This document shows, piece by piece, positions 26,726 to 37,388 of a stretch of DNA of 64,000 nucleotides (the stretch's first letter is position 1; each line of letters begins with the position of its first letter). Below the pieces are notes generated by a model. The model saw nothing but the letters and a program-made list of their open reading frames with translations, was not told the origin of the DNA and did no database searches. Source of the DNA: a virus. Its lineage: Duplodnaviria; Heunggongvirae; Uroviricota; Caudoviricetes. The stretch is taken from positions 11,687 through 75,686 of the IMG/VR virus record IMGVR_UViG_3300047564_003701; one strand, given 5' to 3'. The position numbers and the translations under genes are program-made.

Positions 26726-29053
26726 TTATAATTTACACGCTTCGCAATCTTCTATTTCTTCTTCTGGGTGAAATCCGTTCATTTGAATTAATTCTTCGGC
26801 GGGTTCATTAGATGTTTTGCTTCCTGCCTTGTTGATCAAACTATAGTAAAAAGTTTTGATACCCCACTTATGTGCCTGCATAAGATTTTTAACAATTAAT
26901 GTAGTAGAAACCTTACGATCTGGAAAATGTGCAGGGTTGTAGAAAGTGTTTGTTGAAATACTTTGATCAACATATGCAGCTAAGACAGCAGCAGTCTTTA
27001 AATATCCTGCACAGTCAGTTTGTTCCCACATAAGTTGATATTTGTTTTTTAATCGATTATATTCTGGAACTACCTGTGTAAAACTTCCGGCCTTGCTTTC
27101 TTTAGTTGATATAAGACTCATAGGCATTTCAATGCCATTTGTAGAATTAATAACAACACTACTAGACTCAACTGGAGCGATAGCCATAAGAGTAGCATTT
27201 CGTACACCATATTGCTTCATCTCCTCACGTAAATGTTCCCAATCGAGTTCAGGAGTAAAGTCAGCAAGTTCATTAACACCGTTGGCTCGAAGTTCCCAAG
27301 GAAAGATTCCCTGTCCGTAACGAGTTTTGGCACTGTCTACGCAAGCCCCTCGTTCTTTTGCCAGCTCTACTGTGGCTTCGGTTAGATAAAATGCCTGGTG
27401 TTCCATCCAAGATTTTACTTCGGCTAGAGCATCAGCTTCTCCATATTTCAGACCACGTTTGGCGTGCCAGTAGGCTAGATTGGTCACTCCTATGCCCAGT
27501 GGCTGTATCTCATCGTTACTGAGTTTGCTCTGTATCGATAAGAAGTCTTGATAATCAAGGATGTTACACAAGCTACGCTGTAGAATCCTTGCGGCCCTAC
27601 GCATATCTTCTGGGTTCCGGAACGCACCCCAGTTGAGAGATCCCAGTGTACATAACGCTATGCGACCATCAGCATCGTCAAGTCTTTTAAAGGGACGTGT
27701 GGGTAATAGAATCTCACAGCACAAGTTACTCTGATATATCGCGTGATATTCAGGATTAAAAGGTCCTTGATCGATAACATTATCGATAAAGACCAAATAG
27801 ATACGACCAGTGTCTGTGCGCTCCTTCAGTATACCACCCTTGAAAACTTCTTCGGCTGAGATAGATTTTTTTCTCAGTCCTGATTGTTTCTCATATTTTA
27901 CATACAGTTCTTCGAATAGTTTAGTGTCTTTGTAAAATGCTTCGTAAAGATCAGGCACTTCGTTAGGATCAAAGAAAGTAATATTTTCTTTGTTTTTAAA
28001 CCTACGCCAAAAGAAAGCTGATAAGACCACTCCGTAGTCCATGTGTCTAACACGAGTTTCTTCAGTTCCTTGATTGTTCTTAAGAACAATAAGGTCGTCA
28101 AACTGATGATGCCAAATAGGATAAAACACTGTAGCACTAGCATTTCTAATGCCGCCTTGTGAGCAAGAACGTAAGTCACCAAACCACTTCTTTAAAAAAG
28201 GAATCATACCAGTGTGCATGATTTCACCACCACGTATAGGACTGCCCAATGGACGTAAGCGTCCAATTTCTAAACCAATGCCTGCACGTTTGCTGGCATA
28301 CTTGGCCATCATCTCCCCACTAGCAAATATGCTATCCAAATCGTCGTCACTGCGGATAAGAACACAACTAGAAAACTGTTTAGTAGGAGTCCCAAGCCCA
28401 GCCAACACAGGAGTAGCAAGAGTAAACAAACCATCTGAAGCACAGTTGTAGTACTCTTTGATGTAACGCATACGGGCTGCATTAGGTTCTTCTTTATGGA
28501 ACACAGTCGCGGCAGCAACCATATAACGAACTTGTGGTGTCTCATAAATTTCCTTTGTCGCACGGTTGCGTACCAAATATTTTTCAATCAACTGCTCAAT
28601 GCTGGCATAACCATATTCTTCATCTTTAGAATGATCCAACATATCATCCATCTTATTCCAATCGTCTTCTGAATACCATTCAAGAAGTTCCGGAGTATAA
28701 AGACCAACTTCAACATTCTTCTTTACGATGTCGTAGAGGCGAGGAACTTCGTAACTACCATATACATCTTTGCGTAACATCGAAAGACGTTGCTTGCCTG
28801 CGACATATTGATAATTTGTATGTCCTACATCGGGATTGTTTTCAACATCAATAAGATCTACAATAGCTCTAAGAGTTATGCCATCGATTTCTCTCGTGGT
28901 GATGCCGTCATAAAAATGTGGTTGTGCTTTTATTTCAATCATTGACTGGCTGACGTCTGCTATTCCGCTACAAACTTTCGCTACCTGCGCCTGCCATTTT
29001 TCAATTGTTAAAGATTCTTTCTTTCCATCTCTTTTAATTACTGTAATCGACAT
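26726..29053 (-). CDS. nrdA: ribonucleotide reductase class Ia, alpha subunit
   Basis: N-terminal ATP-cone (VIKRDGKKESL), catalytic barrel with active-site Cys/Asn/Glu motifs, and a C-terminal CEAC-like tail (CEACKL). Confidence 0.9.
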   Translation of the reverse strand: MSITVIKRDGKKESLTIEKWQAQVAKVCSGIADVSQSMIEIKAQPHFYDGITTREIDGITLRAIVDLIDVENNPDVGHTNYQYVAGKQRLSMLRKDVYGSYEVPRLYDIVKKNVEVGLYTPELLEWYSEDDWNKMDDMLDHSKDEEYGYASIEQLIEKYLVRNRATKEIYETPQVRYMVAAATVFHKEEPNAARMRYIKEYYNCASDGLFTLATPVLAGLGTPTKQFSSCVLIRSDDDLDSIFASGEMMAKYASKRAGIGLEIGRLRPLGSPIRGGEIMHTGMIPFLKKWFGDLRSCSQGGIRNASATVFYPIWHHQFDDLIVLKNNQGTEETRVRHMDYGVVLSAFFWRRFKNKENITFFDPNEVPDLYEAFYKDTKLFEELYVKYEKQSGLRKKSISAEEVFKGGILKERTDTGRIYLVFIDNVIDQGPFNPEYHAIYQSNLCCEILLPTRPFKRLDDADGRIALCTLGSLNWGAFRNPEDMRRAARILQRSLCNILDYQDFLSIQSKLSNDEIQPLGIGVTNLAYWHAKRGLKYGEADALAEVKSWMEHQAFYLTEATVELAKERGACVDSAKTRYGQGIFPWELRANGVNELADFTPELDWEHLREEMKQYGVRNATLMAIAPVESSSVVINSTNGIEMPMSLISTKESKAGSFTQVVPEYNRLKNKYQLMWEQTDCAGYLKTAAVLAAYVDQSISTNTFYNPAHFPDRKVSTTLIVKNLMQAHKWGIKTFYYSLINKAGSKTSNEPAEELIQMNGFHPEEEIEDCEACKL

Positions 29054-29074
29054 TTATTATTTCCTGTTTGCTAT

Positions 29075-29497
29075 TTATGGTAGGGTTTTGACTGACAGCA
29101 ATATGCTGGTTTTGATTTCGGAAAGACAGTCTGCACTTAGGATCTCTCCGTATTCATAATTTAAGACTTTGTCGTCTATAACTAGAAAGTATCTGTGTTC
29201 GCTGTCTTTCGATAACATAGACATATGTATCTCGCAAACCGAATCCATAAACCGCTGTGTTAACTTCAAAGTATACAGCATTCCAAGACAGATAGCAAGA
29301 TTATCTAGTTTTTCATCAAGAACTAGATGCCAAGGATCGGGCCAAGATTTTGGAGTTTGGGGATTCAGATACGGACTAACAAAGGGAGCTTTATTCCAAA
29401 AGTCTACCACGGCCTGTAAAGGATCGTCTAAGACTTCTAGCGTATTTCTAAACTCTTTCCATTTTGTTAATCTGTCTATGCCGTGTGCATCAAACAC
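29075..29497 (-). CDS. hypothetical protein
   Basis: 140-aa ORF. Confidence 0.4.
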   Translation of the reverse strand: MFDAHGIDRLTKWKEFRNTLEVLDDPLQAVVDFWNKAPFVSPYLNPQTPKSWPDPWHLVLDEKLDNLAICLGMLYTLKLTQRFMDSVCEIHMSMLSKDSEHRYFLVIDDKVLNYEYGEILSADCLSEIKTSILLSVKTLP

Positions 29498-31070
29498 CGT
29501 AATTCACAAACAAAGTGATGTTGCCATCAGCACCAGTGGCGATTGGATTCTTATAAGTTAAAATAATAGTCTCTTTCGCGCTGTCGCCTCTATTAGTTTT
29601 GAGTTCAGCTCCGAATTCAAAATTTGTCATCATGGCACCTCCCGGGTCTGTGATTAAAGATGAAGAATATTGATAACTGTCCGTGATAGCCACAGCATCC
29701 TGTGATTCATCTACGGTCAAATATAATGTTCCGTGTCTGTTGTATTGTTCGTTAAGTGTAACTGTGTAATCGATCACGTGATATCGATTTAGGGCAGATA
29801 GAGCCAATAAAGGTCTAAATGTGTCGCTTCTATAAACGATAGAAGCTATAGAATTAGAAAATTTAACTAGATTAGCGTTTTGAACTTCACCATATGCTGC
29901 TCTCGTATCTAGTGCTGTTAGATTGTATTGCTGAAGTCTGTCTGTTCTGCAGTCGATTACGATATTGTCAGCACTTTGTCCAAATATAATAAATGAATCA
30001 GTTGGGGTAGCATCATTACCTATCCCGTTACCGCAGTCAACAAAATGACAATTTCTAATTACTGTACCGGTTCCGTGAGCGATATATAGGGCTTGATTAG
30101 CAACTTCTTGAAATTTAGAATTTTTTACAGTCCAACTATTTTTTTGATTTTCTACACCAGTTAACAATATCGAAGTTGCATTTTCTAAAAACGAACATCC
30201 GTCTAGGGTTATCGAAGTTTCAAAAATATCTTCTTGACGGCATCGTATAGCGACTTTAGTTGATTCAAATTTGCAATTGTTGAATGCGATATTATCAACT
30301 TTAGTTCCGGCTAGATCGTTTTCCCAATAAACGCTGGCATTAGAATTTTCTAATTCTGAATTTGTAAATGTAGCAGCAGTAAGTTCAAAGTCTGATAAAA
30401 ATTTAACGCTGTCAAAGGTGCTGTCTTTTAAACCTGTGATAACGAGTTGACCTGAATCGTGTCTGATTGTTAAATTTGATATTTCTATATTCAGTGGTCT
30501 GTCAGTGTCTTGAAACTGTGCTACTTCTGTGCCGTCTTCGGAAATTAATAGTATATTGAAATCGCCTATATTCAACGATACTCCTTCTATACTTTCGCCT
30601 TTGATTCTGGCATTTGAAGGAATCCTAAGATTGTCACTGAACAGATAACTGCCGTTAGGTATGAAAAGAGTTTTTTTAAATTTAGGATCTGCGTTTCTAA
30701 ACAGTTGATTAAATGCATTTTCAAAAAACGTTGTAGAATCTGTAGATCCATCAGGAACCGCACCAAAGTCAAAAATACTGACATATTCGTCTAATTTATT
30801 CTGAAGGCCTCTAGGGACGCTTAGACTGATCGAGGGGTCATTGAATGCGAACCTATAGCTATTAGCTAGCTCTAATATATTATCGTGTTCGGTAAGTATC
30901 TTGGTGTTACCTACGTAAGGTGCACCGTCGGCTACTGATCCGTTACCGATATAAAGTTCTTGTGTATCTATGGCCCACGCTATTTCTGCTGCACTTAGCT
31001 GTGGAATGCCTGCGTTATTATTTTTTAATCCGCGGCGATGTTGTATTTTTGATATCTGAATGACGGCCAT
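29490..31070 (-). CDS. right-handed beta-helix (pectate-lyase fold) protein, tailspike/fibre-like
   Basis: FDFGAVPDGSTDSTTFFENAF start typical of pectin-lyase-fold proteins. Repetitive beta-helix coils with Asn ladders. Confidence 0.55.
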   Translation of the reverse strand: MAVIQISKIQHRRGLKNNNAGIPQLSAAEIAWAIDTQELYIGNGSVADGAPYVGNTKILTEHDNILELANSYRFAFNDPSISLSVPRGLQNKLDEYVSIFDFGAVPDGSTDSTTFFENAFNQLFRNADPKFKKTLFIPNGSYLFSDNLRIPSNARIKGESIEGVSLNIGDFNILLISEDGTEVAQFQDTDRPLNIEISNLTIRHDSGQLVITGLKDSTFDSVKFLSDFELTAATFTNSELENSNASVYWENDLAGTKVDNIAFNNCKFESTKVAIRCRQEDIFETSITLDGCSFLENATSILLTGVENQKNSWTVKNSKFQEVANQALYIAHGTGTVIRNCHFVDCGNGIGNDATPTDSFIIFGQSADNIVIDCRTDRLQQYNLTALDTRAAYGEVQNANLVKFSNSIASIVYRSDTFRPLLALSALNRYHVIDYTVTLNEQYNRHGTLYLTVDESQDAVAITDSYQYSSSLITDPGGAMMTNFEFGAELKTNRGDSAKETIILTYKNPIATGADGNITLFVNYGV

Positions 31071-31094
31071 TTGAATATACCCTTGTTAGGGTAT

Positions 31095-31796
31095 TTATCT
31101 GCCTAAGGCGTAATACTCTTCCACCTTCGCTAGCCAAAGATCTTCGTACTTGCTGTAATCGCTGGGCTGTAGATCAAACTGCTGATATTCACAATTTCTA
31201 GAACACATAAAAACAATGCCTCTACGTATGTCCGTTCCGTAGACTTCGTTGTGAGCCATAATGTAAGCAGTTAATTGAATTTTATAATCTTCAACCCATT
31301 CTTCTTTTTTAGGCTTGTTGGTCTGTTTGTAATCCATCACTGCCGGTTCGCCGTTGTAGACACCTACCAAGTCAGTTGTACCTGAGAATAGCCCTGGAAA
31401 GTATAAACTCTGTTCCATCGCCCAAACTTCATTTACCTTGCTGAGTCCTTGTTCTATGATAACGTCGGCCATTTTATTAGCCTGTACGTGTACAGGATTG
31501 TTACCAGGTTGTCTTTGCAGTCCTGCTATAAATCTTTCAAGATTACTATGCATAGCAGTGCCTACACCTGCAGCTTCTGTTGTTATCTGTTTTGCTTTTT
31601 CTTCCCCTACTCGTTTCTTCCATTCGTTCAATGCTGTCATATCTTTAGTAGCACTGAGTATGGTAGTCACCGAAGGAAGACTTTCTCCGTCTGGAGTAAG
31701 GTAAACACGCTTACGAGTAACAGGGTCATTGACCTGTGTACAGTTTTTGTATTCAAATTTTTGAATAAATGGTGGAGGGGTATATTGATTGATCAT
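31095..31796 (-). CDS. PD-(D/E)XK family nuclease (Cas4/RecB-like exonuclease)
   Basis: D...VMDYKQTNK D/ExK motif and flanking Cys residues. Confidence 0.5.
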   Translation of the reverse strand: MINQYTPPPFIQKFEYKNCTQVNDPVTRKRVYLTPDGESLPSVTTILSATKDMTALNEWKKRVGEEKAKQITTEAAGVGTAMHSNLERFIAGLQRQPGNNPVHVQANKMADVIIEQGLSKVNEVWAMEQSLYFPGLFSGTTDLVGVYNGEPAVMDYKQTNKPKKEEWVEDYKIQLTAYIMAHNEVYGTDIRRGIVFMCSRNCEYQQFDLQPSDYSKYEDLWLAKVEEYYALGR

Positions 31797-31828
31797 TCTG
31801 TATATATTACAGAATTTTTTTTAGATTG

Positions 31829-32224
31829 TCAAGCCTGGATGCCAGCTTGACTTTGAGCTAGTTGTTGTGGGGCTGCAGAAGCTGCTATTTTGGCCACTGC
31901 CTGTTCGCTGTCTTGACCTGTGCCCTGTGTAGGTTCTTTTTCTGCGTTCGAATCCGGAGCTCCGGGGACATTGAGCTCAATACCATCTGCATTGAAATTC
32001 TTAACCATATTCTGTATCGCTGGACTGGAATCATACATAGATTTGAAAGTTTCATAATCTGCGGTCAATTCAAAACCATTGGTCTGAAGAACTTTATTTA
32101 ATCCGGCCCAATTTAATTTGGCAGGTGCTTTCTTACTGGCGGCTCTGCCGATGTAGTTACGAAGCACGATCATGAATCTGTCTTGATCGTTAGCTTCGCT
32201 GCCGGAAAATTCAAAAAATCTCAT
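31829..32224 (-). CDS. hypothetical protein (MRFFEF N-terminus)
   Basis: ORF. Shares its N-terminal MRFFE motif with 35188..36291 and 53952..55400. Confidence 0.4.
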   Translation of the reverse strand: MRFFEFSGSEANDQDRFMIVLRNYIGRAASKKAPAKLNWAGLNKVLQTNGFELTADYETFKSMYDSSPAIQNMVKNFNADGIELNVPGAPDSNAEKEPTQGTGQDSEQAVAKIAASAAPQQLAQSQAGIQA

Positions 32225-32505
32225 CCTAGTGATACCAGCTGTTTTTGCAGATCAGATAACTCTTGTTGTTTTGCTTTGATAGCATCTTGAACTTGCTTTT
32301 TCTGATCTTGTCGTTCTTTAGCCGCTGCTGCTGCTTGTGCAGGGTTTATCTGTTGTAAAGTTGCCATATCGTCAGGTGTTGCACCTAGCTTACTGGCAAC
32401 AGTTTGTCCTACTTTAGTTCCTGCTATTTTTTGAGCAGCTGAAATAGCTAGAGCAGGGATCTCATCCAGCTGCCGGTCATTTTCTTTAAGATCAGTAAGT
32501 CTCAT
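32221..32505 (-). CDS. hypothetical coiled-coil protein
   Basis: 94-aa ORF, Ala/Gln/Lys-rich. Confidence 0.4.
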   Translation of the reverse strand: MRLTDLKENDRQLDEIPALAISAAQKIAGTKVGQTVASKLGATPDDMATLQQINPAQAAAAAKERQDQKKQVQDAIKAKQQELSDLQKQLVSLG

Positions 32506-33299
32506 TATCCTGCTAATACTTTTAACAAACGGCTCTGATAGTTGATGCTTTCTCTTTGTTCTCTACCGGCTTCTTCAGCACCGCCTGCAGCAGGTTCAGC
32601 TGCTGCAAAGGCATCTTCTTCTCCGCCGGTGTTCATCATATCTGGTTCAGCTGCTGGGAACGCATCTTCTTCGCCTCCCATTTCAGCGCCTGGCTCACCG
32701 CCTAGCATTTCTGCACCTTGCTCTTCACCGGTCAGTGTGCGAACACCGGTTGCTAATGTTTCACGTGTGGTCTTTAGATTTTCTAAAGCCTGTTGAATAG
32801 CTGGTGCGACTGCTGAGATAAAGTTCTTTGCCTGCTCCGAACCCATCTCGTCACGTATCTGATCACCTAGCTGGAGGAGTGTATCATTCTCCATACCAGA
32901 AAGTTCTTCAATCCAGCGGCCCACTCTGTCAACCATTGTCTTTGCGGTTACGATCGACTGGGCTTGTTGGATCTCACCTTCTGTTACTTTTGTCATTTCT
33001 TCTCCTTGGGATTCTGTAGTATTTTCTGATTCTAAAGTCATTTCGTCGCGGCTAGCGATTTCACTGTTAATGGCATCTAGAATCCATTGAGCCTGATGGA
33101 AAGCATCATTCTCTAGATTTTCGTTAAATCCGGACTCGGATCTAATTTGGCTGAGCTGTGTCCTTAGCTTGTTTCTTGCATCTTCTAATTTAATTAGATC
33201 GAAGTCAGAAAAATTAATTTTCCTACCGAAAGTTTTTTCGATAGATTCGTTGATCCTTGCTGACGATCTGTTAAATTTAAATAAATCAGTAGTTTTCAT
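32505..33299 (-). CDS. acidic repeat protein (scaffold-like)
   Basis: Strongly acidic and helical, with internal GGE.GAEMGGEEDAF.AAEP repeats. Confidence 0.4.
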   Translation of the reverse strand: MKTTDLFKFNRSSARINESIEKTFGRKINFSDFDLIKLEDARNKLRTQLSQIRSESGFNENLENDAFHQAQWILDAINSEIASRDEMTLESENTTESQGEEMTKVTEGEIQQAQSIVTAKTMVDRVGRWIEELSGMENDTLLQLGDQIRDEMGSEQAKNFISAVAPAIQQALENLKTTRETLATGVRTLTGEEQGAEMLGGEPGAEMGGEEDAFPAAEPDMMNTGGEEDAFAAAEPAAGGAEEAGREQRESINYQSRLLKVLAG

Positions 33300-33326
33300 A
33301 ATGATGAGTCCAGATTAATGTTGTAT

Positions 33327-33752
33327 TTATTCAGATATTACACAAAGGGCTTCTGCTCTTTTCTTGGCTGCTAGCATTTTATCTCTGCTCTCACAGTACC
33401 TAGCCCATAAGACATCTGCTTTGTCGTAATTCTTGTTTTTCATAGATTTTTCGTATTGATTTCTTAGCAATTGGCTTTCGGTGAACCACTTGCCGTATTC
33501 TTGATCAGCTCTGTATATGGTCTCAGTTTTGATAGTAGATTGTTGTTTAGCTAATAAATTGGCTATCCTAACAGTGGTAATATTTAAGTGAAGATTTTTG
33601 TAGAGTAATTTTCCTTTATGATAAAGACTTTTACTGAATCCTTGACTTACAATCAATATTGTTCCTACCAGGATGCCCTCTTCTGTTTTAACAGGAAGTA
33701 TATCTCTATTGTTTTTAATCAGGGATTCTAGCTTGTTGCTAAGTCTAGTCAT
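33327..33752 (-). CDS. hypothetical protein
   Basis: ORF. Confidence 0.4.
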   Translation of the reverse strand: MTRLSNKLESLIKNNRDILPVKTEEGILVGTILIVSQGFSKSLYHKGKLLYKNLHLNITTVRIANLLAKQQSTIKTETIYRADQEYGKWFTESQLLRNQYEKSMKNKNYDKADVLWARYCESRDKMLAAKKRAEALCVISE

Positions 33753-33794
33753 AAAAAAAGGACCTATGGTCCTTTATTTAACTGCCTGTTCTTA

Positions 33795-34112
33795 TCAGGC
33801 AAATATTTTAATAATAGTTTCCAAATGTCCGGATACGAATCCTAATACAGCTAACCCTCCTAGTATCAGATACATCCATTTTTGTTTAAACTGCTGTAGT
33901 TCTGTAATTTTAGCATCTAACTCTGAGTGTGTGTTTTTTATCGATGATGCTAATTCGGCATGTTGTGTGCATGATGCATCATACATCTGATCAAGACGCT
34001 TATGTATACCGGTGCCTAAATGGTTGACTTCTACTTTTATTTCGTCAATCTTTTCGTCTAGATTAGTTACCTGTACTTCGACTACACTTACTCTTTCAGC
34101 CATTGATGGCAT
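33795..34112 (-). CDS. hypothetical coiled-coil protein with C-terminal transmembrane helix
   Basis: ORF with heptad repeats, then a hydrophobic C-terminus. Confidence 0.4.
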   Translation of the reverse strand: MPSMAERVSVVEVQVTNLDEKIDEIKVEVNHLGTGIHKRLDQMYDASCTQHAELASSIKNTHSELDAKITELQQFKQKWMYLILGGLAVLGFVSGHLETIIKIFA

Positions 34113-34199
34113 ATTCTGATCTCCTGAATTAAGTCAAGTTCCTGGAAGGATATGTGCCTAATTTTGCCTATTGAATATGCCTGTATTCTTTATTTATTC

Positions 34200-34592
34200 T
34201 CAGATCAGATAAATCCAGGTGTTGATTTTATTGCTTTTAGTAGAAAATATTGGAGGATCTAAGTCCACAGAATTATCTAAGTTTGGTATGATAGGAACAC
34301 CGTTTAAATCGTCTACGAGCAAGCCGACTGGGTCGTCCCCTTTGAGAAAAACATCTTCTCTTTCAACTTCTATATTCCATACCCAATGAGTGGCTTTGCC
34401 TTCTAAGTTGTTAGGTAATCTTCCGGATAGCATCTCCGGGTCTCGGTCCCATTCTATATTTGATCTAATACCTATGGCCTGCACCAGACTATTAAAATTA
34501 GACTGCTGCCCAATTTTTTTAGATTCTTTGCAGGTCCTGTCCGGATCAGAACGTGTGATATCTACTAGAGTAATGATTTTATATCTGGCCAT
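34200..34592 (-). CDS. hypothetical protein
   Basis: ORF. Confidence 0.4.
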   Translation of the reverse strand: MARYKIITLVDITRSDPDRTCKESKKIGQQSNFNSLVQAIGIRSNIEWDRDPEMLSGRLPNNLEGKATHWVWNIEVEREDVFLKGDDPVGLLVDDLNGVPIIPNLDNSVDLDPPIFSTKSNKINTWIYLI

Positions 34593-34611
34593 AATATGCT
34601 ACTATTTATGG

Positions 34612-34641
34612 CCAATAAAAAAGGGCGGAAAAAATCCGCCC
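34612..34641 (-). terminator. strong intrinsic terminator downstream of structural gene
   Basis: Minus strand: GGGCGGA-TTTTT-TCCGCCC hairpin followed by TTTTTTATT. Confidence 0.6.
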
Positions 34642-34665
34642 TCGCTTCCCATCCCAAAAGGAAGA

Positions 34666-35103
34666 TTAGCTGAAGCTTAGACCAGTGTGGCTAGCTGTTG
34701 CTACTGTTGCAGTTGCTCCAGAGATAGCAGCGTCGATAGCTGTTTCTAGTTTGCCGAAACCTGCTGTAGTATTGTCGCTGTTATAACGGTTCAAGCTATG
34801 TCCGGTCATTAACATAACGCCAACTGAAGGGTCTGCGTTAGTGAAAGCACCAACATAATAGATTTCGCCGCCTGTTGCCTGTACAACAGAAATTAACTGC
34901 TGTAGGTTAGAACCAGCTGCTGTTGGTGTTGTGCTCATATTAACACCAGCGATGCTGAATTGAACTGGCTGTAGTACTGGTGTACCTAAGTCTGTTAACG
35001 GAGCTGCTGCTGCGAAAGCTGACTTGTCACTTGATACTTGTAGTTTACGGGCATTTGCACCAAGTGTAGTGCTGCCAACGGTTGTTGCGTATAAATTTGC
35101 CAT
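34666..35103 (-). CDS. probable abundant virion structural protein
   Basis: Ala/Thr/Gly-rich 145-aa protein with strong SD (AAGAGGAGAAAACATC-ATG). Preceded by a hairpin and followed by a strong terminator. Confidence 0.45.
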   Translation of the reverse strand: MANLYATTVGSTTLGANARKLQVSSDKSAFAAAAPLTDLGTPVLQPVQFSIAGVNMSTTPTAAGSNLQQLISVVQATGGEIYYVGAFTNADPSVGVMLMTGHSLNRYNSDNTTAGFGKLETAIDAAISGATATVATASHTGLSFS

Positions 35104-35187
35104 GATGTTTTCTCCTCTTAATCATAGTCTCGCTCAGAGACTGGCATAGTATTTATTAAGTTTGGAAAAAAATATGGTTTTAGACTG

Positions 35188-36291
35188 TTAATCTGCTCGA
35201 AATGGTGTCCAGCGATCTCTTGGTACTAGTTTTACTGAATCATCTCCACTGACATAACCCTCGCCTCCCGGTTTTCCATCTGTGGTAGCTGTGATATCGC
35301 CCTCAGCAGCATCTAACTCTCTGATCACTTCGTTTTTTGCTGCCATGATCTCTCTGACTAAGTCGAACAGGGTGTCTAGTACTCCGGGATTCGCATCGCT
35401 GTGTGTTTTTATCTTTACAGCTTTAGCTGGTGTTTTTTGCAAAAAGTTAAAAAATGATTCTGAATTGATATTTTCTAATTGCTTTGCTTTGCTCTGTGCA
35501 TTTACAAAACTATAAATTTCATTTTGTAAATAACCCATTCCTGCAACCGGAGTTAGGAATTTGTTTATGATGTTTTGATTTTTAGCCAGAGCTTCGATCT
35601 TGCCTAAATTGTCTGCACTGACCTCTGGTCTGTAACTTACATATGTTTGACCAAAGACTACTAATTCTGGGTTGGTGGAAAAAGCTTCTGGATTTTCAAA
35701 AGGCTCTCCACTCTTATCACCGAAGTATCCGTATTGCTGATGTGCTGCTACAGCGATCTTAGCTTTGACCAGCTTTCTTCCTACTTCGCTAGTTCCTTTT
35801 ACAGCATAGGTTGTTTGATTCGGAGTAAAGCTGATACGACCGTCGGCACCTTGATAAGGTTTGCCTGGATGAAACAAGATATCTCCGTAGACATATCCCC
35901 TGAAGTCGTTTGGTGTGGCTGCTTCGAACACTGACCACATAGCAGCCATATCGCCTGCAAATTTGGCTCGCCATTCTTCGCCCTTACCACGACTCATGAT
36001 AAACTGTTTGAGTTCTTCTGGGCTAGAGCTTTTACCTTCTTCACGTCCCCAGTTGTTTTTGCCAACCATACGGAAGGCACCGTCTTCTTCACGTCCCCAG
36101 TAGACTGTAGGGTTGCCGTCCCACTTGATAGCGATTTTTTTAGATGGATTGGCTAGATCCTTAAGGACTTTGATCGCACGTTGAGCACCGTTGGTTTCTG
36201 TGAATACTAGATCTTCTAGGTGGTTAAACTCTCTGCCTACTTTTTTAGGAGCAGGGGCGTCAGCTTCGGTTAAAAATTCAAATGCTCTCAT
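35188..36291 (-). CDS. hypothetical protein (MRAFEF N-terminus)
   Basis: 367-aa ORF. Confidence 0.4.
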   Translation of the reverse strand: MRAFEFLTEADAPAPKKVGREFNHLEDLVFTETNGAQRAIKVLKDLANPSKKIAIKWDGNPTVYWGREEDGAFRMVGKNNWGREEGKSSSPEELKQFIMSRGKGEEWRAKFAGDMAAMWSVFEAATPNDFRGYVYGDILFHPGKPYQGADGRISFTPNQTTYAVKGTSEVGRKLVKAKIAVAAHQQYGYFGDKSGEPFENPEAFSTNPELVVFGQTYVSYRPEVSADNLGKIEALAKNQNIINKFLTPVAGMGYLQNEIYSFVNAQSKAKQLENINSESFFNFLQKTPAKAVKIKTHSDANPGVLDTLFDLVREIMAAKNEVIRELDAAEGDITATTDGKPGGEGYVSGDDSVKLVPRDRWTPFRAD

Positions 36292-37073
36292 TTACAGATT
36301 TCTATTAATTTACGCATCCAGCCTATTGTGCCAGGTTGATAACTTTCTACGGCTTCGTTTTTAGGAAGTTCTATTCCGGAACGCCCCAGTGTTTCTCTGG
36401 CTGCGGAAATAAGTTCTTCGTAATTTGGCAGCTTTCTAATATAGGCGATGATATTTTCTACACTGCGAATATCTTTAGACGTAGCAGTCTGTCCTAGCAG
36501 TTGTTTAGCGATAGTGTTCCAGTCATCTCCGCCAGGAACAGTTTCATCTGTTTCAGCATTCATAAGACCAAACTTAGGTGAATACTTCATTCCTCTGGCG
36601 CGAGCAATTGAACTTAGTAATATATGACGATGTTCACCACGGAATGGGCTGTCTGGCCCGCTACCTAACATACTGCCCTGCTGAAATTTAGGATTAGCTG
36701 AAAACATAAAATCTGTCTGTGCAAATCCGTTGGCAGGGTCTCCATTGATTGGGGTTTTTAGGTGTACATTATCGCCGCTTAATTTTACAGAATCTTTGCC
36801 AAAAATAGACCTAAGTTTTTCTGCGAATTCTGTTTTATTGATTTCGTTAGCATCAACTGAGAGATCAAGATCTCCGCTGTCTGCTTTACGTCCAGTAGTA
36901 CCTAACCATTTGATAGGCACCCCTTCTTCATCTTTGTCTGTGCTGAAATCTACACTAGTCTCTTTTTCTAAAAAAGCGATGGTCGTAGGTATTTCTGATC
37001 TGGTAATCCTACGAGTTAAAGGCTGTTTATCCGGGCCTTTGAATACGTTTCCACCCTCAAATAATTCAGTCAT
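36288..37073 (-). CDS. hypothetical protein
   Basis: 261-aa ORF coupled (ATGA) to the downstream gene. Confidence 0.4.
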   Translation of the reverse strand: MTELFEGGNVFKGPDKQPLTRRITRSEIPTTIAFLEKETSVDFSTDKDEEGVPIKWLGTTGRKADSGDLDLSVDANEINKTEFAEKLRSIFGKDSVKLSGDNVHLKTPINGDPANGFAQTDFMFSANPKFQQGSMLGSGPDSPFRGEHRHILLSSIARARGMKYSPKFGLMNAETDETVPGGDDWNTIAKQLLGQTATSKDIRSVENIIAYIRKLPNYEELISAARETLGRSGIELPKNEAVESYQPGTIGWMRKLIEICK

Positions 37074-37347
37074 TGCTCTCTTCCAATTTTTTCTGATTTT
37101 TTCTGGACTCTGCTATTCTTCGTATACCTCTTACAAATTTAGCCGGGTCTTGTCCTTTTATAGCATTGATCAATCTGCGCTCTAACTCGTCAGCTGCATC
37201 TTCGCTATAATTTTTTTGGATCGATTCTAACAGATTAATAGCTGAATTGATGACATTGATCGCTCTACTTTCGATAAGAGCGTCTTTGTTTCGAACTTCT
37301 GCTATAGAATTAAGTTCTTGTAAAATTGATCTGGTTCGTAACTTCAT
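37066..37347 (-). CDS. hypothetical protein
   Basis: 93-aa ORF, first gene of a minus-strand block. Confidence 0.4.
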   Translation of the reverse strand: MKLRTRSILQELNSIAEVRNKDALIESRAINVINSAINLLESIQKNYSEDAADELERRLINAIKGQDPAKFVRGIRRIAESRKNQKKLEESND

Positions 37348-37388
37348 CTTTAATCCGATTGATAGTATATTTAACTCAAATTTAATTT

